In this document: positions 1 to 9,403 of the stretch, in pieces
How the letters are laid out: every line of letters starts with the position of its first letter
How positions within the stretch are numbered: the first letter of the stretch is position 1
Notes under the pieces: model-generated
Told to the model about the DNA's origin: nothing
Database searches by the model: none
Seen by the model: the letters and a program-made list of their open reading frames with translations, nothing else
NCBI RefSeq assembly: GCF_029688955.1
Contig: NZ_JARUKZ010000038.1
Strand: one strand, 5' to 3'
Source of the DNA: Cellulosispirillum alkaliphilum
Lineage (GTDB): Bacteria; Fibrobacterota; Chitinivibrionia; Chitinivibrionales; Chitinispirillaceae
DNA length: 42,247 nt
Position numbers and translations under genes: made by a program

Positions 1-131
1 AGGACCGAAGCTTACATGCAGGATAGCGTTTCCCGGGAACATACGCCTTCCTTTAAAATAGGAGCTGCCTATGTACTTTCTATTGGCTTCTCTTATGAGC
101 AAGGAATTGATCTAGCTGTGGGCTGGCCTTA
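1..131 (+). CDS. 3' end of an ORF entering from upstream of the window. Alternatively a 38-aa peptide starting at ATG 16-18 (MQDSVSREHTPSFKIGAAYVLSIGFSYEQGIDLAVGWP). It is a candidate precursor peptide for the downstream radical SAM enzyme.
   Basis: An open frame runs from base 1 to TAG at 129-131 and ends 45 nt before the radical SAM start. There is an in-frame ATG at 16. The 5' boundary cannot be resolved inside the window. Confidence 0.3.
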
Positions 132-175
132 GTGTCTAAATTACTATTAATCTACCTTAAAAACAGAGGAACACT

Positions 176-1225
176 ATGGATTTCCCAGAATCTGTCTCTT
201 TTACAGTTACCAACGCGTGCAACCTGAGATGCAAAATGTGCGGTCAGTGGGGACCTGATGGTTACATTAAAAACAAGGTAAAAAGCAACACAACCATGAG
301 TCCCGATGTCTGGAAAAAGATGGTAGATGAGCTGGTAGATAACAACAGTGCATCTGTTCTTTTGCGAGGCGGAGAGGTGTTTTTGTATCCCTACATAGCT
401 GAATTGCTTCACTACATTCATTCAAAAAACATCTTTATCTCTATTGATACAAACGGTACCTTACTGGATAAATATGCAGACCTGCTATCGACTCTTGGTA
501 CTATTCACCTAAGCATTTCGATCGATGGCCCTCCTCACATACATGATAAAATTCGAGGAGACGAAAATTGTTTTGAAAGGATTGAAAAGAACCTTGAAGT
601 ACTCAGGGATGCTGAAAACAGGCACGGTCAACGGATCAGCAAGGCTTTCACATTTACACTATCCTCAGATAATTACCTGTTCCTTGGCCAGATGCCCGAT
701 ATTGCACGACGCTTAGAAATCGAAACTATTACCGTCGTACCCCGTTATTGGGTGCCTGGTGAAGCTGGAAAAGAGTATGAAAACTGGGTCTGTAAGCACT
801 TTGAAGACAAAGCGTTCTCCTGGAAAGGGTTTCATGAGGAGACTCCGAAAATCGATTGTAACAGATTAACCGAAGAATTACAGAAGTATGAGAAAAATCT
901 TGGAACTATCAAAAACTACCCCTATATGGAATTATCTCAGAGTGAGTACCGGGAATGGTTTACCACCTACTATTCTGTGGTAAAAAAACATCACTGCTCC
1001 AACACCGAGCGGTTAATTGATATTCAGCCTAATGGTGATGCTAATGTGTGTGTAGATTTTCCTGATATAGTATTTGGCAATGTTCAGAATCAGACGATCC
1101 GGGAAATATGGAACGGTAAAAAGCTTCAAAAATTTCGGAAACTAAGGAAAGAAAGCCAAACGCCTGTGTGTTATCGATGTGGAGCTAAATACATGTCGGA
1201 GAGTCCGGAGAAACAATCGTCCTGA
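176..1225 (+). CDS. Radical SAM protein with a C-terminal partial SPASM (twitch-like) auxiliary-cluster domain
   Basis: CxxxCxxC motif 'CNLRCKMC' near the N-terminus. GGE and 'IDTNG' core motifs are present. The C-terminal 'C-x12-G-x4-C' (HHCSNTERLIDIQPNGDANVC) followed by 'CYRC' matches the SPASM/twitch consensus. RBS GAGGAAC lies upstream and the stop is TGA. Confidence 0.85.
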   Translation: MDFPESVSFTVTNACNLRCKMCGQWGPDGYIKNKVKSNTTMSPDVWKKMVDELVDNNSASVLLRGGEVFLYPYIAELLHYIHSKNIFISIDTNGTLLDKYADLLSTLGTIHLSISIDGPPHIHDKIRGDENCFERIEKNLEVLRDAENRHGQRISKAFTFTLSSDNYLFLGQMPDIARRLEIETITVVPRYWVPGEAGKEYENWVCKHFEDKAFSWKGFHEETPKIDCNRLTEELQKYEKNLGTIKNYPYMELSQSEYREWFTTYYSVVKKHHCSNTERLIDIQPNGDANVCVDFPDIVFGNVQNQTIREIWNGKKLQKFRKLRKESQTPVCYRCGAKYMSESPEKQSS

Positions 1226-1356
1226 CCGGTCACGTTTTTTAAATTAATAAGCAGCAAGTATCTTTTACCTATAGCCATTACTTTAATGTATACCCGCAAA
1301 GGTCACTCAAATAACATGCTTACAAAAAATAGTACCCCGTGCTGATCCAAATCCCC

Positions 1357-1743
1357 TTATCCCCGAATGTTCATCCCCATCTTTATTAATTCATTTTTAA
1401 CACTGTCCCTTTTATCACCCTGAATCTCTACAGACCCCCGATTTTCAGTAATGTGAAAGGTACCGCCACTGCCGCATTTTTTCTTAAGCTTTTGAGACAA
1501 TTCTTTTAAAAACATAGTTGATGCTGGCAACCGGTCAACAACAGTGACATCCTTACCTTTTCTCCCTTTTCGCTCCAGACGTAAAACGGGTTTTATCTTT
1601 GAAAGATCATCAGGTACACTATCCTTTTTACACTCGCAGGAAGAGATATTTTTTTTGCAACGCTTACAGCGTTTGTTCTCTTCGGGATCGGTTGAATATA
1701 CCAGTTCCGAATCATTGCTGCTCATAATTCTATCCTTCTTCAC
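1357..1743 (-). CDS. SUI1/YciH-family translation initiation factor. The true start may be the internal Met 'MSSNDSE', about 18 nt downstream.
   Basis: The C-terminal half 'GRKGKDVTVV...KELSQKLKKKCGSGGT...' is the eIF1/SUI1 signature. The N-terminal CxxC...CxC segment is also present. Confidence 0.8.
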   Translation of the reverse strand: MKKDRIMSSNDSELVYSTDPEENKRCKRCKKNISSCECKKDSVPDDLSKIKPVLRLERKGRKGKDVTVVDRLPASTMFLKELSQKLKKKCGSGGTFHITENRGSVEIQGDKRDSVKNELIKMGMNIRG

Positions 1744-1912
1744 TTACAATTTAAAGAGATCATAAGGTTACCATAAAATATACACCCTGGGGCAAAATAA
1801 TAAAAATCGCATGAAAAGAGGCTTATGAGGTAAATTTAAAGAAGTGGTATGTATGTGTGGAAAGAGGGTAAGCGCTATATTTTGCCTACCCTAAGTATAG
1901 ATTTTAGAAAGA

Positions 1913-2368
1913 TTAAAAAACGATAGGAGCGATATCTTTCTCGGTACAGTTTCGGGACATATCCCAGTACTGTGCTTCTCCATGCGCGATTCGAAATATG
2001 AATATTTCCTGATCTGGAAATGCATCCCTGACTGCATGTAGCCACTCCCGATCCTCAAACAGTTTTGCTTTCAGTTTTTCATCATTCACTAATTGAATAT
2101 CACCAGTGATTCGGACCATTTGAGAGTTTAGTCCATCCCCCGGGTTAAAATAAGCAATCTCAGCTTTTGGATTAGTGTGGAGCTGATCGGAGAGTCGTTT
2201 CGATGTACCGGTGTGAAAGTAAAACCCTGTCTCATCAGCAAACCACATCATCATACCTCTAACGTGGGGCTGGTCGTTTTCTGCTGTTGCAAGCCATGCA
2301 ACCGGATACTGATTTGTGAACTCTCTGATTTGTTCGATTGTTTCCATTACGCCTCCATGGAAGAGCAT
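1913..2368 (-). CDS. Pyridoxamine 5'-phosphate oxidase family protein (general stress protein 26-like)
   Basis: 'YPVAWLATAENDQPHVRGMMMW...FYFHTGTSKRL' is a PNPOx-like split-barrel signature. Confidence 0.65.
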   Translation of the reverse strand: MLFHGGVMETIEQIREFTNQYPVAWLATAENDQPHVRGMMMWFADETGFYFHTGTSKRLSDQLHTNPKAEIAYFNPGDGLNSQMVRITGDIQLVNDEKLKAKLFEDREWLHAVRDAFPDQEIFIFRIAHGEAQYWDMSRNCTEKDIAPIVF

Positions 2369-2462
2369 TTACCTGAATATTTCTTTTTTTATATTCATTT
2401 AATATAGGTATGTTCGTTATACAATTTCTTTCAGCAAACGCTCAAAAATTAACACTATTATG

Positions 2463-3335
2463 CTATTTTACCCATTGCTTTTTAAACTGAAGCGGCGATT
2501 GGCTAAACTCACGTCGAAAGCAGTGTGAGAAGTAGGATGAACTGTTAAATCCACAGCGAAGGGCGATTTCGGAGATGCAATAGTCTCCTGCCCGAATCAT
2601 ACGCTTTGCACAATCCAGTCGTGTTTTCAGTATATAATCACCTGGAGAGAGCCCGGTTTCAGTTTTAAATAGGCGGGCAAAGTGTGAGGGCGAAAGGCAA
2701 GCTACACGGGAAAGATCAGCAAGTGTCATTTTTTCACCATAATGGGCCCAAATAAACTCTACTGCCCTATTTATACTCATTCTGAAACTAATCTTTTCAC
2801 CCCTCCCGGAACGCTGCAAAAGCAAACGAATGAGCAGGTGAGTGATTGTCTGTGCAGAAGAATGCAGCAGTAGTTCATAACCCGGCGCCTGATCTTCATA
2901 TTCATTAAGGAACTCTTTAACAGACGAAACGATACGATCGTTTACCTTAAATGCTCTTCCAAAGCAATCGGGATTTAGTGCGGTTTTATACAGTGAAAGA
3001 TGTGATTCAAAAAAACTCTTATTGATCATCACCGCAAAGTAACGGGGAATAATATCGCACGGAAGCTCCTGGTGGGGCATATCGGGCGGTATCATAACCA
3101 CAGTAGAAGGGTGGGATTGGATTGTCCGGCCTGAGAATTTTGTCCGGCAATTTGAATCAAATGATATCAGGAACATGTATGCAGGATGGGTGTGCTCGGG
3201 CGTAATTGCATAGTAGCACTGACCTGCTAAGGGCATAAACACACCAAGGTTCTTATTTACCGCGCAATCCACGTATCGAAGCTGTTCTGCGGAAACAGTA
3301 CCAACAAGATTTTGTATTAAGGATAGATCTTTCAT
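2463..3335 (-). CDS. AraC-family transcriptional regulator (N-terminal cupin-like sensor, C-terminal double HTH)
   Basis: C-terminus 'LADLSRVACLSPSHFARLFK...ISEIALRCGFNSSSYFSHCFRREF' is the AraC HTH_18 signature. Confidence 0.85.
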   Translation of the reverse strand: MKDLSLIQNLVGTVSAEQLRYVDCAVNKNLGVFMPLAGQCYYAITPEHTHPAYMFLISFDSNCRTKFSGRTIQSHPSTVVMIPPDMPHQELPCDIIPRYFAVMINKSFFESHLSLYKTALNPDCFGRAFKVNDRIVSSVKEFLNEYEDQAPGYELLLHSSAQTITHLLIRLLLQRSGRGEKISFRMSINRAVEFIWAHYGEKMTLADLSRVACLSPSHFARLFKTETGLSPGDYILKTRLDCAKRMIRAGDYCISEIALRCGFNSSSYFSHCFRREFSQSPLQFKKQWVK

Positions 3336-3402
3336 AAGCTTTGAGATGAAAAATTAATATGACAGTCATACATCTGGTCTAACCGAGCATGTATCTTACG
3401 CA

Positions 3403-4260
3403 TCACTTTTCTCCAGGTTTCTTTTGTGCCCCAATCTCCTTTACACTCACTTTGGGGTGAATATATCTGCCCTCTTTTATTTCATATCTGTTTCTAATAA
3501 GTATTGCCTGAACAGGGCAACTGTTAAAACAGGCAAAACAGAGATAGCAGGGCTTATCTTTTCGCCATACAGGGCAATTTCCACCCATATCCACTTTACC
3601 TGATGGACAAACCTTTCTACACATAGCACAGGAAGTGCATGTTGAGTCTGCAAAGTATGGTATGGTTGTTTTCATTGCTTTTGCTGAAGGCAGTATCATC
3701 GATGTCATTCTTTTGAGAATAGTTCTCAAAATTGATCTTTCATCAAACCATCTGCTTTTATTTTTTATGCAATTACTAACCTCGTCCAGTTTTTGCTGAA
3801 GCGGTAGTTCCAGCTTTTTTACTTGCGAATTGGTGATCGCTTCAGGCCATCGCTCAACCATTTTTTTATAACCTGGCAGATACTTTGGAGCGACTCCACA
3901 AGGAGTGTTCTTTACCATAGTAGCAATAAAAAACGCATTAAGCTTCTTTCCTCTTCTCTTTAGCATCTTCGCAAGCATCACATCTGCGTAATGAAATGTT
4001 CCACCTCTGGTAGCAAAGGCAAAAAGGTAGTTTGCAGGTGTACTATCGAACCTCTCGATAAATTCCACCATGGGAGCCGGGAGCCCCATGAGATAGATTG
4101 GAAACACAAACCCGACGGTTTCAGCAGTTGCCTTTAAGCTATCATTGTTTAAAGAACCAATTACAGGTACAAGCGTCGCGTCGGGAATTCTTTTCTGGAG
4201 CTCCCTGGCAACATGAAGTGAGTTTCCTGTGCCAGTAAAGTAAAAGATTTGGGTTGCCAT
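3403..4260 (-). CDS. Flavodoxin-like domain fused to a 2x[4Fe-4S] ferredoxin domain (EFR1-type ferredoxin)
   Basis: N-terminus 'IFYFTGTGNS' (flavodoxin-like). C-terminal Cys clusters 'CTSCAMCRKVCP' and 'CYLCFACFNSCP'. Confidence 0.75.
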   Translation of the reverse strand: MATQIFYFTGTGNSLHVARELQKRIPDATLVPVIGSLNNDSLKATAETVGFVFPIYLMGLPAPMVEFIERFDSTPANYLFAFATRGGTFHYADVMLAKMLKRRGKKLNAFFIATMVKNTPCGVAPKYLPGYKKMVERWPEAITNSQVKKLELPLQQKLDEVSNCIKNKSRWFDERSILRTILKRMTSMILPSAKAMKTTIPYFADSTCTSCAMCRKVCPSGKVDMGGNCPVWRKDKPCYLCFACFNSCPVQAILIRNRYEIKEGRYIHPKVSVKEIGAQKKPGEK

Positions 4261-4505
4261 AGTTATTTTGCTTTTTTTTCCGGCAAAAGAGTATACTGTG
4301 CCTGATAATAGGCATCCAAAGCGTTTGTGGATATTAAAGTAGTATTATTCAACGGTTAAAACCAGATACTTGTACCAGGACCATGTATTAAGTATGTGTA
4401 AAAGAGACGTCACCTTCCCTTTTTCTTTTTTCCTGCTCTACTCGGTTTTAAGTACGTGATATTTTCACTCTTAACGATCCAATACTCTGGAAAGAGATGC
4501 TTTTT

Positions 4506-4889
4506 TTACGGTTCCAGTAGTAGTGCCAGGTGCATTCCCACTGAAACCGGGGATTTATAATTATTGATAGATGAACCCAAAGGAATTGCTATAAATGGGC
4601 TTAATGCCACTGTTCTGAACCGATAATCTATACCAGCGTATGCACCATAAGAGTATTCCCCGATAAGATCATCATCTGCGTTTGGGTATTTTTGCGATCT
4701 TAATTGAAAACCTACAAATGGTGAAAGGTTATTTAGTATCTCATACCGAAACACTAGGCTATTTCTCATTGAAATTGCCCGGAAGTTTATTTGTGAAGTT
4801 GGTTTCGTGAAATCTGATACCTCTTCTGTCTCTCTCCACACTCTATCCCCAAATAACCGATAAGCCAGGATTTCTGGCTTAAGTGCCAA
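4506..4889 (-). CDS. Beta-strand-rich ORF without a signal peptide. It is probably the C-terminal half of the same outer-membrane protein as 4919-5392 (frameshift or two-part gene).
   Basis: It lies 29 nt downstream of the previous ORF in a different frame. Hydrophobic and polar residues alternate, and there is no signal peptide. Confidence 0.4.
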   Translation of the reverse strand: MALKPEILAYRLFGDRVWRETEEVSDFTKPTSQINFRAISMRNSLVFRYEILNNLSPFVGFQLRSQKYPNADDDLIGEYSYGAYAGIDYRFRTVALSPFIAIPLGSSINNYKSPVSVGMHLALLLEP

Positions 4890-4918
4890 TCCAAACCGAT
4901 CGAACTGGTTTGCTATTT

Positions 4919-5392
4919 TTATATATATCGACCCTCTATGATATCATTATGGACACTTCTGTTCTTCTCAGGAGAAGGAGTACCTCCGATCACTCCAGTT
5001 GAAACATCAATGCTGAACCCTACCGAGAGTATATCGGTAAAAGAATATGCCCCCTCACCACTAATCATCACTCGTGATTCGTAGAGGTAATACTCTGCGG
5101 AAGTCATTACTGTTACATCCGGACTATAGAAAGTAGATTTAGCAATTACACTTGTATCAGAATAATACATGACCCCTGGTTCATCGATTGAATAGGAGGC
5201 ATTTATTGCACCCGAAAAGCTACCCCTTTTCATCTGTCTTCCAGGCTCAATTCTGTTCATTTGAGGCATTCTTCTGATGTAAGAAGTATGATGCCGTTCA
5301 ATGTGTTTACTTGTACACCCAAGAGATAAAAACACAACTATCAATATGAGTAGGAATTTCATCTTACTTATTTCAGGCATTTTGTGTTTCAA
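4919..5392 (-). CDS. Lipoprotein. It is probably the N-terminal half of an outer-membrane beta-barrel protein.
   Basis: Lipoprotein signal 'MKFLLILIVVFLSLGC'. The body is rich in beta-strand-like alternating residues. Confidence 0.5.
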   Translation of the reverse strand: MKHKMPEISKMKFLLILIVVFLSLGCTSKHIERHHTSYIRRMPQMNRIEPGRQMKRGSFSGAINASYSIDEPGVMYYSDTSVIAKSTFYSPDVTVMTSAEYYLYESRVMISGEGAYSFTDILSVGFSIDVSTGVIGGTPSPEKNRSVHNDIIEGRYI

Positions 5393-5678
5393 AAAGGCTC
5401 CATTGTAGGGGTGATACTAAACATAACGGCGGTTAATAGTGCATTTTACTACAATATAAGATAACTATTGCCCGCTTATTTAAGATAGATATTTACTCAC
5501 TGCTGCCCAACCAGGTCCTAATCAGTTTAAACGCCCCATTCCTTTCATATAATATCGTGTACAAATTAAGCGAGCTCTTAAACTATCTACAGCAGACTCC
5601 GGCTCTATTTGAAGCGGATTAAAAATTTACGTCCAAAGGTTTCGATAAATGGTTTAGTCGCTGAGTAAAATAGCTTAT

Positions 5679-5912
5679 TTGACTTATACTCAGTTTTATC
5701 CTAAATTGGTGGCTGCTTTCTCCTTTGCCACAGGGGAAAATGCTGTTGCTGCTGAGCTTTCAGTAAAACACATAAAAGCTCCCCTCCTTGGAATGACTGT
5801 GCACAGTAAGGCTACCTTAACGGGCATTGATGGGCGTAAGGTCAAATTTAGGTTGCAGCCTGGGATGAGACAGGCAAAATTGGAAAAGAAACACATACTC
5901 GCTATAGTATAG
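5679..5912 (+). pseudogene. Hotdog-fold thioesterase (4HBT-type) remnant lacking about 30 N-terminal residues
   Basis: 'LVAAFSFATGENAVAAELS...VKHIKAPLLGMTVHSKATLTGIDGRKVKF' matches the C-terminal two-thirds of small thioesterases. It has a TTG start only. An upstream in-frame stop at 5655 leaves no room for the N-terminus. Confidence 0.4.
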
Positions 5913-5984
5913 ATGTGGAGCGGTTTATGGCGATATTGAAGAGGTAGTCGCTACTCAAGTGAGCAGAAAATGATTGCTGGGGAG

Positions 5985-7529
5985 CTAACGCTCTTGGATC
6001 AAATCGGGAGAAGATGTGCTGGCCCGCTCTATCACTAATCCGTGCAGTCTTATCACGTTGCCTGAAAATAGAGTGCTGTGAGGATCCAAGAGGTGGTTTA
6101 TCATACTCTGTACCTCTCCTCTGGTGTTGAATTCATAGGAGCTTACCTGCAATTCAAGGCTTCTGAATGTATTATCAAAACCGATAAGTGCCGGTCTTTT
6201 CTCTAAAGGTGTGCCGGAAAAATTCCAGTGCTCCATCACCATGCAGGCGACTAGATCATTTGCGCAAACCCATGCACTGATCTGATTGTTACTTGCTGCC
6301 TGCCGGAAAAATTCTTTGCAGCCGTCAAATATAAGGTTGTCTCTGAGCAGACAATTCAGCTCATACTTTAAACGGGGGAAACGAGTTCCGATAAACGGTT
6401 CCAATTTGTGTCTTATCTTTTCCCCGCAGAACTCATGTTCAAAATTACCCTCTTTTGTAGCCTCTTCAAGATACTTATAATCATCACAGTATTTATCTGA
6501 TACAAACGGGTAAACTCTATGTGTGGGTCCAAAAGCCAGGGCTGCTTTTTTGAGGCCCTGAAGTCTGTTTTGGGACCAGACTCCGCTGTGAAACGGAGAT
6601 ATATAGGCTATTTCACGATGTCCTTTTTCAAAGAGGTAGTTACCTACATCTTCACCCGGAAGTTTTGAGTAGCTAGAGTCAAAAAATGTGAGCCGCTTGT
6701 AAAAACTTGAATAGGCTTTTGATTTTTGTAAAACTTTTTGATCTTCTATCCAAATAGAGACCGGGATTTGTGTGCCGATAAGCATTGAAAGGCATGCTGC
6801 TGAATCGCCCATGTGATATGAAGAAAGGATAATTCCGCAAACATTTCTGCTTTTGAGATAGGTTTCAAGCGTATGCCCCCGGGGCAAATAAAAACGAGGT
6901 TTATCAAGATAGTCGTTATAGCCAACTATCTCTATATCTATTCCGTTTTGCACTGCGATCTCGGAAAGCAGCCGATGAAATTTTCGCTCTCTTTCTGTTT
7001 CTATCTTAATGCCGTTTCCATCGAGGCTAAGGCCAATCAGCGCAATGCGGTGCTTTGAATTTCTGTTATTTATGAAAACATAATATCTGGAACCATTTTG
7101 TTTAAGAGTACGCTCTCTGACCAGTTCTGAGAGAACCTTACGTATAGTAGGGTAGCTAACATTGTAAATAGTTGCAAGCTGCTTTTGAGAGGGAAGCGGC
7201 TGGTTTGAGCGGAACGTTCCCTTAAGCAGATCTTTTTTGAGCCGATCAAGAGTCCTGTGATACTTGCTAGCCGCTGATGCTTTGGGTGGATCAGGTATAA
7301 AGTGAACTTCTTTATTTAGGCCAGAAACAAAGTTTCCCTTACCCCATTTACCCTCAATCAGGCCTTCCCCGCGAAGGTATTCTGTTGCCCGCAAAGTAGT
7401 TACGACAGAAACACCACATTGCTGTGCAAGCTCGCGCACGGAGGGGAGACGTCCCTCAGACGAATTACTTAGAAGTTCTCTTATAAAACTGATGCATTTG
7501 TCGGTTGCCGGAGACTGCTTCTTTTTCAT
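5985..7529 (-). CDS. AraR-like transcriptional regulator: two tandem GntR-type winged-HTH domains plus a LacI/PBP1-type sugar-binding domain
   Basis: Two 'LPSxxELA....VS..T...A...L...G' GntR HTH motifs (residues about 25-90 and about 110-170). The C-terminal 'IALIGLS...NVCGIIL...AWVCANDLVA...LIGFDNT' is a periplasmic-binding-protein type I fold. Confidence 0.8.
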   Translation of the reverse strand: MKKKQSPATDKCISFIRELLSNSSEGRLPSVRELAQQCGVSVVTTLRATEYLRGEGLIEGKWGKGNFVSGLNKEVHFIPDPPKASAASKYHRTLDRLKKDLLKGTFRSNQPLPSQKQLATIYNVSYPTIRKVLSELVRERTLKQNGSRYYVFINNRNSKHRIALIGLSLDGNGIKIETERERKFHRLLSEIAVQNGIDIEIVGYNDYLDKPRFYLPRGHTLETYLKSRNVCGIILSSYHMGDSAACLSMLIGTQIPVSIWIEDQKVLQKSKAYSSFYKRLTFFDSSYSKLPGEDVGNYLFEKGHREIAYISPFHSGVWSQNRLQGLKKAALAFGPTHRVYPFVSDKYCDDYKYLEEATKEGNFEHEFCGEKIRHKLEPFIGTRFPRLKYELNCLLRDNLIFDGCKEFFRQAASNNQISAWVCANDLVACMVMEHWNFSGTPLEKRPALIGFDNTFRSLELQVSSYEFNTRGEVQSMINHLLDPHSTLFSGNVIRLHGLVIERASTSSPDLIQER

Positions 7530-7644
7530 TGATTGAGTTTACCGTTTGATCTGAGTGTAACACTATAACAGTTTATTTAAAAAATAACGTTTTTGCAGGT
7601 GAAATGAAAGCTTTTGCACTTTATATTCTTAAGGAATGTACAAT

Positions 7645-7654
7645 TTACTAGTAA
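7645..7654. promoter_or_regulatory. Perfect 10-bp palindrome TTACTAGTAA in the divergent intergenic region, about 30 bp upstream of the GH start. Candidate operator.
   Basis: Self-complementary 10-mer read directly from the sequence. It sits between a regulator and a divergently transcribed hydrolase. Confidence 0.3.
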
Positions 7655-7684
7655 CAGATTTGCCAATGAAGCGAGGAGGAAAAG

Positions 7685-9310
7685 GTGTTAAAAGTTCTAA
7701 TGGTATCGGTTTTAATGTTCAGCACGGTAAGACTTGAAGCTGCAGAGGAAAATATTGTGTCACATTCAGTTACTATCGACGGAAGCAACGTTATGAATAC
7801 GCTTTCTGACTATTTTTTTGGGCATAACTACTGGATGTGGGCTCCAACCTGGGGGGATCAGGTTAGTGGAACCGAATCTCTGGTATCTGATCTGAATCTT
7901 TCGCTGATGCGTTTTGGTGGTATCCAGGTGGATTTGGGTTATCCTGATTCGGTCACAGAAGCGGTGATGTCGCAATTTATTGAATACTGTGCGGACATTG
8001 GTGCTGAGCCTTTGGTTCAGCTGCAGATTGCCCGTTATTCCACCACTGAAGAGCGGGTGGCGGGTGCAGTGAAAATGTTCAACTACTACAGAACATTGTA
8101 CCCGGTAAAATATGTTGCAATAGGTAATGAACCTGATCTCTATTCAAGTGACCATTCAAATAATCCCGAGTACAATGCACCATATCTGAGCGGTTATACA
8201 GTGGATGATTATTGCAATGATTTTAACGCAGTTGCCGAGGCATTGAGAGCTATTGATCCGGATATCAAACTAGTGGGACTTGAGCTTTCTCACAGATACA
8301 ACCAGTGGGTGCCGCAGTTTATTGAACAGTGCCGGGACAATGTAGATATTCTCTCTGTACACTATTATCCTTTCAATGCTGCGCAATGTACCTACAGTAA
8401 CGCGCGTAATAGTTTTTCTTCATTCAACACTTTCTATGACAATATACGTAACCTTATTGATGAGAACGCAGATGGAAAAGATATCCCACTGTTGATAGGG
8501 GAGACAAATATCTCCTGGGACGGGGACCCTGCTCATTCTACAAGGGATGCATCGCCCGGGACGTTTAATGCAGGTCTATGGTTTGCTGATTATGTTGGTG
8601 TTTCAGCTGCTCAGCATAATCTCTTCTCAATAATGCCCTGGAGCATAAGCGAGGGATGGACATTGGGATTTCTTGGTGCAAACAGAAGGCCCAAGCCGGT
8701 CTATCATGTATATAAGATGTTTTCAAATAATTCTAAAGAACATTTGATTCATATTGAAAGTGTAAACCCATTCTTAAGAGTATATACCTTCAAAGATGAT
8801 CAGGAAAATGTAGCTGTTTTCGCGGTAAACTGGGATACACTTTCCTCCTACAGTCTTGATATAAACTTTACCAACATCCTTAATGATTCCTCCTTTAATT
8901 ATGAAGTACCACCTCACTCCGTCTCTTCCATTGTAATCTCCTCAGACTTTTCTCAAAAAGAGTTTTTGGAGTACAATTCATCGATGCAAGCTCCTACAGC
9001 TCCTACAACTTCTGTTGTTCAGAGAAGTAAGGGCCTTTCGGGAGGTAAAAAGGCTGGTTTGAATGTTTCTTTGCGTACTGAGGGGGCGGTGTTAGCACTT
9101 TCTTTGCAAAATCCACTTAGTGGGGTGAAAGTAGATATAGTCGATCTGCAGGGACGAACTGTGCGCTCTATGTTTACAGGAAACTCCGAAGCCGGTAAAC
9201 AGATACGAATACCGCTGGAGGGAGTTCCAAAAGGTACCTATATGGTAAAGATTGCTTCGGGCAATGAAGTGCTCGCCCAAAGAAGATTTGTTCTTAGAAC
9301 AGGTTTTTAG
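7685..9310 (+). CDS. Secreted clan GH-A (TIM-barrel) glycoside hydrolase with a T9SS-type C-terminal sorting domain
   Basis: GTG start with RBS GAGGAGGA. Signal peptide present. 'VAIGNEPD' (acid/base) and 'LIGETN' (nucleophile) motifs. C-terminal about 80 aa 'GVKVDIVDLQGRTVRSMF...GTYMVKIASGNEVLAQRRFVL' resembles a Por/T9SS CTD. Confidence 0.8.
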   Translation: MLKVLMVSVLMFSTVRLEAAEENIVSHSVTIDGSNVMNTLSDYFFGHNYWMWAPTWGDQVSGTESLVSDLNLSLMRFGGIQVDLGYPDSVTEAVMSQFIEYCADIGAEPLVQLQIARYSTTEERVAGAVKMFNYYRTLYPVKYVAIGNEPDLYSSDHSNNPEYNAPYLSGYTVDDYCNDFNAVAEALRAIDPDIKLVGLELSHRYNQWVPQFIEQCRDNVDILSVHYYPFNAAQCTYSNARNSFSSFNTFYDNIRNLIDENADGKDIPLLIGETNISWDGDPAHSTRDASPGTFNAGLWFADYVGVSAAQHNLFSIMPWSISEGWTLGFLGANRRPKPVYHVYKMFSNNSKEHLIHIESVNPFLRVYTFKDDQENVAVFAVNWDTLSSYSLDINFTNILNDSSFNYEVPPHSVSSIVISSDFSQKEFLEYNSSMQAPTAPTTSVVQRSKGLSGGKKAGLNVSLRTEGAVLALSLQNPLSGVKVDIVDLQGRTVRSMFTGNSEAGKQIRIPLEGVPKGTYMVKIASGNEVLAQRRFVLRTGF

Positions 9311-9337
9311 GAGAGGGTAAATATTCTGGTGTATCGC

Positions 9338-9372
9338 AAAACAGGTCTGCCATTTGGCAGGCCTGTTTTTTT
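9338..9372 (+). terminator. Rho-independent terminator after the GH gene
   Basis: AAACAGGTCTGCC-ATTTG-GCAGGCCTG followed by TTTTTTT. Confidence 0.7.
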
Positions 9373-9403
9373 GTGTTTGGCTGAAATTAACCGGGTAATG
9401 GGC

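Noticed and set aside
1544-1765. ORF antisense to the SUI1/YciH gene
   Set aside because: It is fully embedded in a well-supported gene on the other strand and has no features.
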